64,000 bases of DNA from an uncultured bacterium (lineage in GTDB: Bacteria; Verrucomicrobiota; Kiritimatiellia; RFP12; UBA1067). Numbering within the stretch: position 1 is the first letter of the stretch; each line of letters opens with the position of its first letter. The stretch covers positions 1,412 through 65,411 of the forward strand of contig CACXRO010000008.1 in the NCBI GenBank assembly GCA_902770045.1, in the 5' to 3' direction. The notes under the pieces were generated by a model that saw nothing but the letters and a program-made list of their open reading frames with translations, was not told where the DNA came from and searched no databases. Position numbers and translations under genes: made by a program. This document shows positions 53,483-62,800 of the stretch, one piece after another.

Positions 53483-53733
53483 TAGTGTATGAAACTCCGA
53501 TCCGTGGGGCTCTCGCTACCGCTCCGCTGTATGGACTATGCATAGCATTTGACATACATCTTACACGGCCAATCTTGTTTTATATCTGATATCTGCGGCT
53601 TCGCCGCAGGGGTCTTGGGGGTCTGGGGGCGAGCCCCCAGATATAAAACCAGATAATGCTGTCTTCTGAATTGAGGTTGTTGAGTGCGAAGCAGTGGAGC
53701 GGTAGCGAGAACCCCAACCATCGGAGTTTCAAC
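53483..53733 (+). repeat. structured inverted-repeat element, copy 2 (MITE-like / candidate ncRNA)
   Basis: 35-nt terminal inverted repeats: GAAACTCCGATCCGTGGGGCTCTCGCTACCGCTCC at 53491-53525 and GGAGCGGTAGCGAGAACCCCAACCATCGGAGTTTC at 53696-53730. A 12-bp helix GTTTTATATCTG/CAGATATAAAAC encloses hairpins at 53593-53609 and 53623-53640. Confidence 0.75.
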
Positions 53734-53915
53734 TATCCCGAAACACACTCTCCACAATAACTTCGAAGAGCCTTGTTTTCTACGACAAGGCGCCAGCGCC
53801 TCAATCGACGGCGGGGATGGGCGAGCGACTGCGATGTCGTCCGCCTCGTGCGCCAGGGTCCCGAAGCGCTGGACGAGTACACCACGGGGACTGTCCCAAT
53901 TATTGTATTGCCGCG

Positions 53916-56900
53916 TTACCGGAGGTAGTAGACCGAGCCGATGCCGGTCGCGGCCTCCCAGCAGCCGATGTCGATGATCTTGCCCTGAATGCGAGGGGCG
54001 CCATCAAGGTCAGTCGTCGAAGTCGCGTAGGACGAGTAGAGCGTATTGTCGCCGGCGTTGTAGAGCGCGCCATCGCGCTTCGGGCGGTAGTTACCGTTCG
54101 CGGCATCCCTAAAGGCCGCGTCCGTGAGGTCCTTCACCGTGGAGTTGGCTCCCGTGAAGGCAGCGTCAGCCGAGAATGCGCAGCTGTAGAACCTCGCCGG
54201 GTTCTTGTTGGCCCATTCGGCCAAGGCCGTGCCGCCGTTGTTGTAGACAACACAGTTCACGACGAGCGCCGATGCGTTGTTCACATAGACGCCTCCAGTG
54301 CCGCCGCCGGTGCCACCATCTGGATTGTTGCCGACGATGGTGCAGTTTACGGCCCTGGCGGAGGCGGCATCCAGATAGATCGCGCCCTTTCCGGCGTGGT
54401 TGTCGCGAACGAGGCAGTTCTCGATTACACCGCCAGCCAGATACGCGCCGGAACCAATCGGCAGCCAGGTGCCGGTCTTAGCTGGCGCCTTTTCGATGAT
54501 GCAGCGCGAAACGACGCCGCCCGCGATGTACGCGCCCGGGCCAAGCGGTCCGCTCCCTACCAACGGACTCGTCAGCAGGCTGTCAACGGCCACGCCGTTG
54601 CGGATGTAGAGGTTTAGCCCCTTGCCGTCCTGCACCGTGGAGGAGCCTCGGGCAAGAACGCAGTTCGTCACGGTTCCGTTTTCCAGTCGGACGTTGCCGC
54701 CGGCGTAGGATATGTCTGCGGCCGTCACCGTCCCGTTCGTGACGGTGAGGTTCCTGAGCACCGCGTCCTCGTCAGTGAGGCAGAAGATCCGCGCCCCCGA
54801 CTTGCCGATCTTGACGGCGTTGCGGTCAGAGGCAATGCCCTCGACCGTCACCCGAGACCCGATGGCAGGAAGTCCGTTTTCCTCGTATGTCCCAGCGGCG
54901 ATGTGAACCGTGACCCCGTCAACGTCGGTTGCGCACGAAGAGTTCACATTCGTAAGCGTGGCAAGGGCATGGAAAATCGTAAGGAATGGCGCGGCGGCGG
55001 TGCCGGCGTTCGCGTCGTTGCCTTCTGGCGACACGTAGATGTCGGTTTCCGCCACGCAGATGGGCACGCTCACGGTAATCCAGTTGCCATATTCTCCGCT
55101 TCCATCCCGACCCCTTACCCTCGCTTGGAACAAGCCAGCAATATCGAATCGGCGGGAAATCTGGGGATTGGTCGTCACGAGGTGGGCGGAACCGTCCCCG
55201 AAGTCCAGTTCGTACGTCACCGCACCCGCAGCGCCGGCCGCATGGCAGACAAAGTCAACCATACTGCCCTTCAATACCGACGGATAGGACGCCACCGTGG
55301 CAACGACGTTGAAGCTGCTCTGGTCGAGCTCGCTGCATCCAATGTCGATGTGGCGGCCTGAAATGCGCGCATTCCCGGCAATGTCAGTCTGGGAACTGGT
55401 GGACGGATAGCGCGAGTCGTCGCCTGCGTCAACCATCGGCGACCCGAGCAGCGGCGTCCAGTATTCGTCGTCATCGAAGTAGGACGACCTGTTGGTGAAC
55501 GGCAGCGTGGTCCAGTTGACGCCATTGGCGTTTTCGACGGTCGAGACGCAGTTGAAGAAGCGCGCGCCGTACTGGTTCGCCCACTCGGCGGTCGCCGTGC
55601 CGCCATTGTTGAAGATGACGCAGTTCACGACGGACGCAGAGTTGTTGTTCACATAGACGCCGCCAATGCCGCCGCCAGTGCCGCTATCAGGATAGTTGCC
55701 GACGATGGTGCAGTTTACGACCTTGGCGGCGCCGTTCAAATAGATCGCGCCCTTTCCGGCATGGTTGTTGCGAACGAGGCAGTTCTCGATGACGCCGCCA
55801 GTCAAGTACGCACCAGTGCCAATCGCCAGCCAGGTGCCTTTCTTCGCCGGCGCGTTTTCGATGACACAACGCGAAACAACGCCGCCAGCAATGTAGGCAC
55901 CCGAACCAAGCGATCCGCTCCCGACTAGCGGACTGGTCAGAAGGCTGTCAACAACCATGCCGCCGCTGATGTAGAGGTTCCCGCCCTTGTCGTCTGTAAG
56001 CGAGTTTATTCCGCCTCCCGTCAAGACGCAGTTCGCCACGGTTCCATTTTCCAGGCGGACGTTGCCGCCAGCGTAGGCTATGTTTACAGCCGTCACCGTT
56101 CCGTTCTGGACGGTGAGGTTCTTGAGCGCCGCGTCGGCGTGGGCGACGCGGAAGACCCGCGCGCCGGACTTGCCGATCTTGACGGCAGTGCGGTCTGCCG
56201 CGTTGCCGGCGATGACAATCGCGTTCGTGACCACGAGGCCGTTTTCGGGATAGGATCCGTCCGCGGCATTGATTATCACGTGCTGCGCGCCGCCCGCGAT
56301 GGCCGCATCCGCCTTCTCGATCGCGTTGGAGATGGTGGCGAAGGGATGCTCCGCCGAGCCGTCGTCGTCGTCACTACCGGTCGTCGCCACGTAGAATCCC
56401 GCGCCGAAGTTCGCCGTCATCTCGAACGGCGCAGTCGGCGTGAAGGTGGCGGACGCCGAGGTGTCGGTGATGCCCGAAGGCAGCGTTCCAGTCCAATTGA
56501 TGAACGCCTTGCCGGAATCCGGCGTCGCCGCCACGGTGATCGGCGTGTCGGTGGCGTACCAGGCGGTGCCGGACGGCGAAACCGAGCCGTCAGCGCCGGC
56601 GACGACATTCCCCTTCACCGCCGACGGCTGCCACACCCACTCGAGCCGGCGAAACGCCGCTGGCGTCGGATGGGTATAGACGAAAGACAGGGTGTTGCCG
56701 CTGTCGACGATGCTGTCGTTCGCGTCGTAGAGCCTCCAGCCCGCGCAGGAATATTCGATGGTCTCCGCGGCGTTCGTCCAGGTAATCGCGCCGCCGCAGG
56801 TGACGATGTGGGTGTCGCCGGCCACGAGGCCGGTGACGTAGCCGTCGGCGGGACTCGGCCTGCCGGCGCCCTCGGGCGTGCTGGAGATCGCGAGCCGCGA

Positions 56901-58577
56901 ATTGTCGACGGCCTGGGTGAAGCGCTGCTGGTCGAGAGTCTGGTTTTCGATGATTTCCAGGTCTGTCAGCCGGCGGCTGTAGAGGCGGATCGCGTAGATT
57001 GAACCGACGAATCCGTTGCCCTTGTTTTGCCTGTTGCCAAGGAAGGTCTCCTGTCCAGGGACCGACCAGCTACTGCCGCCAGATGCAGTCAGCGCCGTCC
57101 CGTTGGCGAGCGCGGAGATGGGCGCGCCGGACGAGTAACGCACCGCGACAAAGTTGTTCGAAGTCCCCGACGCGAACGGGAACATCATCTGCGATCCTTG
57201 CGAAGCATCGGTGTAAGGAATGATACTGGAAGTATTATATATTCCGAATGCCAATCCAGAAGCTGCCGTGGACTGCAACATAACCTGGCTGCCGGAGCCG
57301 GTGTTAGAGCGATAGACAATCTCCAGCGTGCCGTTCTTCGCGGCAACGAAAGTGGAAGCCGTGTCGGCGGAGGAGAGGGTGCCGTATGACGATGACGTTC
57401 CGTCGAAGATCATGCTGTCGTCGCCCACGGTGGTATTGTTGAGGCTGAACTCGTAGCCGCCCACAAGATCCTTCCAGACATTCGTGCCGTCGACGTGGAC
57501 GCCGGAACCGGCGTTCTGGATACCGTCCCAAAATGCAATCAGCCCGTCACTGACGTAGCCGGTAGGCGGGGAAGTCATCTCCCACTGCCATTGAAGTTCG
57601 CAGTATTCAGCCGGCGACGAATGCGTGTAGGTGAAGGAGGTGTCGGATCCGCTTGAAACCTGGGTGCCGTCCTCGTCGTACGTCTTCCAGCCGGTGCAGG
57701 AATAGACGGAGCCGTTGGCGTTCGTCACGACCGCATTGCCGCAAGAGACGGAGACGGTCTCTCCGGCCTCAAGGCCCTGGACATATCCGTAAGCGGGCGA
57801 CGGCGAGCCTATGCCTTCCGCCGAGGACGTCACATTGAGCGTGTCGGCACCGATGTGGAGAATGAAGCGCTTTTGGTCTACCGCCTGGTTCGCGGCAATT
57901 TCCTCGTCCGTCAGCTGGCGGCTGTAGAGTCGGATGCAGTAGATGGAGCCGTCGAAATGGGTGTTGGCCGCTTGGCTGGCCCTGTTGCCGATGAATGTCA
58001 CCGTTCCCGGACTGCCCCAGGTGTCGTTTGCGGAGGATATCAGCGACAATCCGTTGGCGATTGCGGCGGCTGGCGCTCCGGCGGTGTAGCGCACGGCAAC
58101 GGTGTTCGTAGCTGCCCCGGATGTGAACGAATACTTCGGTTTTGTAGCTCCTGAACTGGTGTATGGAAGGATTAGATTGCCGCTAAGCAGACCGAATGCC
58201 AGCCCAGCGCTCGCTGTGGACTGGAGGAGAATCTGGGTTCCACTGCCTGTGCGCGAAGCATAGACGATCTCCATCGTGCCGTTCTTCGCGGCGACGAAGG
58301 TCGAGGTGGTGTCGGCGGCGGAGAGGGTGCCGTAGGAAGAGGACGTTCCGGCGAAGGTCATGCGGTCGTCGTCCACGGTGACGCCGGTGAGGCTGAACTC
58401 GTAGCCACCGACGACGTCCTTCCAGACCGTCGCGTTGTCGTCGTGCGTCCCGGTGCCCGCGTTCTCGATGCCGTCCCAGCAGGCGATCAGCCCGTCCTGG
58501 ACATAACTAGAGGTGGAGGCAGCCGACGCATTCAGCGCGGCGCAAAGGCATACGGCGACGATGGATGGACTTTTCAT
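53916..58577 (-). CDS. giant secreted protein P3: 2x LamG + InlB-B-repeat-like + 2x parallel beta-helix + PKD; ends ...GIGSVYYLR
   Basis: Start MKSPSIVAVCLCAALNASA (leaderless geometry). YVQDGLIACWDGIENAG LamG modules occur twice. Beta-helix repeats (NCTIVGN, NCVIFNN, NCLVRNN) occur twice. PKD-like YELDFGDGS. Confidence 0.8.
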   Translation of the reverse strand: MKSPSIVAVCLCAALNASAASTSSYVQDGLIACWDGIENAGTGTHDDNATVWKDVVGGYEFSLTGVTVDDDRMTFAGTSSSYGTLSAADTTSTFVAAKNGTMEIVYASRTGSGTQILLQSTASAGLAFGLLSGNLILPYTSSGATKPKYSFTSGAATNTVAVRYTAGAPAAAIANGLSLISSANDTWGSPGTVTFIGNRASQAANTHFDGSIYCIRLYSRQLTDEEIAANQAVDQKRFILHIGADTLNVTSSAEGIGSPSPAYGYVQGLEAGETVSVSCGNAVVTNANGSVYSCTGWKTYDEDGTQVSSGSDTSFTYTHSSPAEYCELQWQWEMTSPPTGYVSDGLIAFWDGIQNAGSGVHVDGTNVWKDLVGGYEFSLNNTTVGDDSMIFDGTSSSYGTLSSADTASTFVAAKNGTLEIVYRSNTGSGSQVMLQSTAASGLAFGIYNTSSIIPYTDASQGSQMMFPFASGTSNNFVAVRYSSGAPISALANGTALTASGGSSWSVPGQETFLGNRQNKGNGFVGSIYAIRLYSRRLTDLEIIENQTLDQQRFTQAVDNSRLAISSTPEGAGRPSPADGYVTGLVAGDTHIVTCGGAITWTNAAETIEYSCAGWRLYDANDSIVDSGNTLSFVYTHPTPAAFRRLEWVWQPSAVKGNVVAGADGSVSPSGTAWYATDTPITVAATPDSGKAFINWTGTLPSGITDTSASATFTPTAPFEMTANFGAGFYVATTGSDDDDGSAEHPFATISNAIEKADAAIAGGAQHVIINAADGSYPENGLVVTNAIVIAGNAADRTAVKIGKSGARVFRVAHADAALKNLTVQNGTVTAVNIAYAGGNVRLENGTVANCVLTGGGINSLTDDKGGNLYISGGMVVDSLLTSPLVGSGSLGSGAYIAGGVVSRCVIENAPAKKGTWLAIGTGAYLTGGVIENCLVRNNHAGKGAIYLNGAAKVVNCTIVGNYPDSGTGGGIGGVYVNNNSASVVNCVIFNNGGTATAEWANQYGARFFNCVSTVENANGVNWTTLPFTNRSSYFDDDEYWTPLLGSPMVDAGDDSRYPSTSSQTDIAGNARISGRHIDIGCSELDQSSFNVVATVASYPSVLKGSMVDFVCHAAGAAGAVTYELDFGDGSAHLVTTNPQISRRFDIAGLFQARVRGRDGSGEYGNWITVSVPICVAETDIYVSPEGNDANAGTAAAPFLTIFHALATLTNVNSSCATDVDGVTVHIAAGTYEENGLPAIGSRVTVEGIASDRNAVKIGKSGARIFCLTDEDAVLRNLTVTNGTVTAADISYAGGNVRLENGTVTNCVLARGSSTVQDGKGLNLYIRNGVAVDSLLTSPLVGSGPLGPGAYIAGGVVSRCIIEKAPAKTGTWLPIGSGAYLAGGVIENCLVRDNHAGKGAIYLDAASARAVNCTIVGNNPDGGTGGGTGGVYVNNASALVVNCVVYNNGGTALAEWANKNPARFYSCAFSADAAFTGANSTVKDLTDAAFRDAANGNYRPKRDGALYNAGDNTLYSSYATSTTDLDGAPRIQGKIIDIGCWEAATGIGSVYYLR

Positions 58578-58584
58578 ATCGTAT

Positions 58585-58593
58585 ATCATACCA
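58585..58593 (-). promoter_or_regulatory. extended -10 promoter (TGGTATGAT), leaderless configuration
   Basis: TATGAT-ATACGAT-ATG, a 7-nt spacer to the ATG at 58577. The track start at 58589 lies inside the -10. Confidence 0.5.
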
Positions 58594-58675
58594 TATCTAC
58601 CGCATTCTGCCGTCCGTTATGCGAAATTGCCTTGTTGCAGATTGCGAAACACACTTGCACCCGAACCCTCTGCTG

Positions 58676-58684
58676 TGATATACT
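58676..58684 (+). promoter_or_regulatory. extended -10 promoter (TGATATACT), leaderless configuration
   Basis: TATACT-GCCCTCC-ATG, a 7-nt spacer to the ATG at 58692. TTGCAC lies 18 nt upstream as a possible -35. Confidence 0.5.
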
Positions 58685-58691
58685 GCCCTCC

Positions 58692-59807
58692 ATGTACAGC
58701 GTTCTGAGATTTCCGCGCGGCGAAAAATCGATCACCCCAAACTTCCATGACGCGACGAACCTCTACGAGAGATACGGCCTCTCGGTAAAGTTCGCCGATG
58801 CAAATGTCAGCAGCGCGAAGGAGGTGGCGGAGCTGATTGAGTTCTGGCAGCCCGACGGCTGCATCGTGAACAACGACAAGCTGCCGGAGAAGTTGTTCGC
58901 CGGACTGCCAACCGTGTTTCTCCACCGCGACATCAAACCCGGCAATCCCCGCCACGCCACCGTCAGGCTCGACGAAAAGGCCATCGCCGCCGCTGCCGCG
59001 CACCACCTGCTGTCGCTGGAGCTGGCCTCGTACGCATACGTGCCGCCGGATATCGAGGAGAACTGGAGTCGTCTGCGCGGGCGGCACTTCGTCAGCATCC
59101 TCGGACTCAACGGGCGCGGCGTTGCGTGCTATGCCCATCCGAAGCGACGCGTCTCCGCCACGGGCCGTCTGGCGCATCTTGCCTCATGGATAGAGAGCCT
59201 TCCGCGTCCGGTCGGCATATTTGCCGCGAACGACGCCGTGGCCGCCGCGGTAAACGCCGCTTGCGACCACAGTAAGCTGGCGATTCCCGACGACGTCGCG
59301 CTGCTCGGGGTCGACAACGACGAATCGATCTGCGAAGTCCTGCGGCCGACGCTGTCAAGCATCGCCGTCGACGTCCCTTCCGCGATATGCGAAACCGCGC
59401 ATCTGCTCTGGATGCTCATCTCCAGAAAGCGGATCAAAGAACGCAATTCCACCATCGCGCCGATTGGAGTCGTGCGCAGGGCCTCGACTTTCCGCCTGAA
59501 AAGAAGCGACCCTGCGGTTGTCGCCGCCTGCGAACTCATCCGGAAGAAGGCATGCTGCGGACTCAAGGCCCGCGATGTCGCGGCGACTTTCCCGTGCGGA
59601 CGGCGCATGGCGGAGATCCGCTTCCGCGCCATGCTTGGCCATTCGATTCTCGACGAGATTCGCGCCGTGCGGCGAAAACGAGCCATGATGGCCGTCACGC
59701 CCTTCCGCACTATGCTGTACGATGAAGTCGCCGCGCTGTGCGGCTATCATTCACGCAGTTCCGTCCACCGCCTGCTGCGCAAACCACCCAACCACCCAAC
59801 CACCTGA
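58692..59807 (+). CDS. XylR-like regulator: periplasmic-binding-protein-type sensor domain + AraC HTH
   Basis: Internal start MYSVLRF. LacI/PBP1-like core (VGIFAANDAVAAAVNAACDHSKLAIPDDVALLGVDND) and a C-terminal AraC-type HTH (ILDEIRAVRRKRAMM...VAALCGYHSRSSVHRLL). Confidence 0.65.
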   Translation: MYSVLRFPRGEKSITPNFHDATNLYERYGLSVKFADANVSSAKEVAELIEFWQPDGCIVNNDKLPEKLFAGLPTVFLHRDIKPGNPRHATVRLDEKAIAAAAAHHLLSLELASYAYVPPDIEENWSRLRGRHFVSILGLNGRGVACYAHPKRRVSATGRLAHLASWIESLPRPVGIFAANDAVAAAVNAACDHSKLAIPDDVALLGVDNDESICEVLRPTLSSIAVDVPSAICETAHLLWMLISRKRIKERNSTIAPIGVVRRASTFRLKRSDPAVVAACELIRKKACCGLKARDVAATFPCGRRMAEIRFRAMLGHSILDEIRAVRRKRAMMAVTPFRTMLYDEVAALCGYHSRSSVHRLLRKPPNHPTT

Positions 59808-59813
59808 CCATCA

Positions 59814-59878
59814 ATCTGCCGCGGAAACTGCCGCGGCCTTTCAACCTTTCAACCTTTCAACTTTTCAACCTGTTTAAC
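59814..59878. repeat. intergenic repeat: ATCTGCCGCGGAAACTGCCGCGGCC + (TTTCAACY)x4 + TGTTTAAC
   Basis: Second copy of the 18565-18629 element. It fills the gap between the convergent stops at 59807 and 59886. GCCGCGG-N6-CCGCGGC can form a 7-bp GC hairpin. Confidence 0.8.
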
Positions 59879-59885
59879 CGCCGCG

Positions 59886-62800
59886 CTACCTTATGTAGTA
59901 CACCGAGCCGGTGCGTTTGGTGAACGCCGCCTCGGGCGAGTTGCCGGAGAAGCCCAGGTTCACCCTGCCGCCGTTGCCGCCGATGCCGACCACGGACGGC
60001 TCCTTCGAGTAGTCGCTCGTCGGATCGCCCTTGTCGATCGTCGGCGACTCCACCCGCTCCGGATCACGGATCAGCACCCCGTCCTGGTTGAGATACCCCG
60101 TCCGCGTGCGCGGATGTACGTCGATCTTGGCGCAGTCGCCGCGCTTGGCCTGGGCAATGTAGACGGTCTCATTGTATTTCGTGAAGAGCTTCCAGAAATC
60201 GTTCGTAGTCGTCGCGAGGAGCGGGTCGATGTCATAGATGACGCCGGGGCCGATGGTCAGGTTCTCGGCATTGACGGAGTGGATGTAGTTCGACGTGAGG
60301 CCGGTGACGAGGGTGTACGACATGTTCAGGCTGCCGTCCGCCTTCACCTCGATGTCGGCGCCGGCGATCTCGGCGATGTTGGTGCGGCCGCGGACGTTGC
60401 CGTAGATGACCGAGTTCTTCAGGTTGACCGTGCCCTTGCCCACGTTGATGCCGGCACCCGCCCACTTGCCCTGCGTCAGGTTGTACGCAATGGTGCAGTT
60501 CTCGATGTCGAGCGTCGCGGCCGCCGAGGACATGAGGCAGTAGACCGCGCCGCCGCCGTAGGCTTCCGTGGACGACTGCGAGCCTTCGAGATCGGCGTTG
60601 CCGACCAAAGTGCAGTTGATCATCTTCGACCCGCCGCAGGCGCCGTTGAAGAAGACGGCGCCGCCGCAGCCGGTCTGCTCCATTACCGCCGAGCCGTTCG
60701 ATGCAAAGCGGCAGTTGCGGAAAATCGTCGGCGTCGCGTTGACGTAGACGGCGGAGCCGGGGTGACGCGCCTGGGAGCCCTTGTTCCGGTAGAACTGGAC
60801 GCCGTTCGTGGCGAAGAGGCAGTCGTCGATGTACGCCTGGGTGCAGGAGCTGAGGTAGATGCCGTCGCCGCCGTTGGATGCATACGACAGCGCGTTGACG
60901 CTGTAGTCGATGAGATGGACGAACTGGCAGTTGGCGACCGAGACCGTGCCGCCCGAGGCGTAGATGCCGCCGCCAAGGAGGTTCCAGTCGCTTTGCTTGC
61001 GGTCCGTGAAGTAGCAGTCGCGGACAGTGAGGTCGCCGGAGCCGGTCTTCCTGAGCCCGGGGCCGGAGGAGTGCGAGAAGCGGATGCGCTCGACCGTCAG
61101 GAGCGCGCCGGACGGAACGCTGAAGTCCATCGTCTTGTAGTTGCTGCTAACGCCATCGAGGGTCGAGAGCAGCCCTTCTGGACGCTCCGCCGCCGAGTTC
61201 TCGACGCCGGTAAAACCGCCGCGGACCGTGATCGAGCCGACAAGCGTGACCGCCGTCTTCATGTAGTCGTTCGTCACCGAGAGCCATATTTCGGTCTTGG
61301 AGGCGTCAGGCGCGGACGCGAGCGCCGTCCTGAGGTCGGGGTATGCGTCCATCCAGTTGCTGCCATCCATCTTGCAGTCCGCACCGGTGCGCACGTGGAT
61401 GACGTTCGGCCCGCCGCCCTTGCCGTAGAACGGCGGCACGTTGCCCGTGACCGTCTCGGAGACTCGGTATTCCACCGGTCCCGAGCCGGGAGAGGAGATG
61501 AACACCGCCACGTCAAGTGCGTCGCCGGGAACCAGGTAGGTAGGCAGCGTGCTGTACTCCAGGATGTCGCCGGAGGAGACGAACCTGTAGCTCTGCGAGG
61601 CGATGACAAGGCCGTTGGTGGAGCAGACGACCAGAACCGTCGCGTTGTAGCCTGTCCCCGACGCAAGTCCCATCGTGACCGTGACCTTAGGGCGCGTCAG
61701 GCCGTCGGGGAACGTCACCCCAACGCTCGCGTTCGGCTGGCCAGTCGCGGTGCAGGACGCCTCCGCGGTGTTGCCGTAGGCGCCGAGGTTGAGCCTCGAG
61801 CCGTTCGGCGCCGGCTCGTTCGAGTAGTCGGCCTCCGGGTCGCCGAGGTCGATCGCCGTGGAGTAGTCGCTCGTCGCCGGGCCAACCGCGCCGCCGTTGA
61901 CGAAGTAGCCGGCCGGAGAGAGGAGATGCGCGTCCATCCCCGCCAGGTCTTCGTAGACGGTGGGGTTGGCGGTAGTGGGCTTGAAGTACGGCCCGGTGGC
62001 GTTTTGCGTCAGTAGGGACTCGAAGACTGCCGTCGAGGTGACGAGCTTTGGATCAAGCGCGAACACCGATTCCTCGTCCACGGTCGCGCCGACGACGCAC
62101 TCGTCGCTTGGGTCGAGCGACGTCACGGTCGAATTGCGGATGGTCGCCGAGGCGGAGGAGGATGCGACATGCAGGTCCTTGCCGTAGCCGGCCGAGGTGG
62201 TGTGGTACCTGAGGTTCTTCCAGAGAACCGTGTTCGAGATGTCGGCGGAGCCCTTGTAGACGGTGATGCCGCCCGACGAATAGGGGCTTTGCGTGAGGTT
62301 GTAGGCGATGGTGCAGTTACGGATGTCAACCTTTGCCGAGCCGGTGTTCAGCCGGATCGCGATCGCTCCGCCGCTGTTGGAACCTTCGTCTCCAGCACTC
62401 ACAATCTCTGTGTTGCCGATGAGCGCGCAGTGGTCGATCACCGAACCGCCGCACGCGCCGTTGAGCGCGATCGTGCCGCCGCACCAGTAGGTGTCGTCCT
62501 TCTTGCGCACCGGGCAGCAGTTGCCGGCGAAGCGGCTGTTCCTGATCGTTATTGGGGTGCTGTCGACGAGGAGCGCGGATCCGCGCGCATTGAGGTAGCC
62601 GACGTAGGCGCTGGACGGCGTCTTCGTCAGGTCGTAGCCGTTGGTCAAGAAGAGCGAGTCGTCGACAAGTGCATCGTTGAAATTCTTGACATAGAGGCCG
62701 AAGCCGCCCCACTGCTTGTCGCTGTTGACGCTACGGTTGCCGGCGAAGACGCAGTTGGAGACGACGAGAGAGCCGTAGCCGTCGGACTGCGCGTTCATGC

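Noticed and set aside
53734-53915. Possible transposase remnant (minus-frame ...VLVQRFGTLAHEADDIAV...) between repeat copy 2 and P3
   Set aside because: There is only a faint resemblance to the xxFFGTLKxE motif of DDE transposases, over too short a stretch. I cannot substantiate it without a search.
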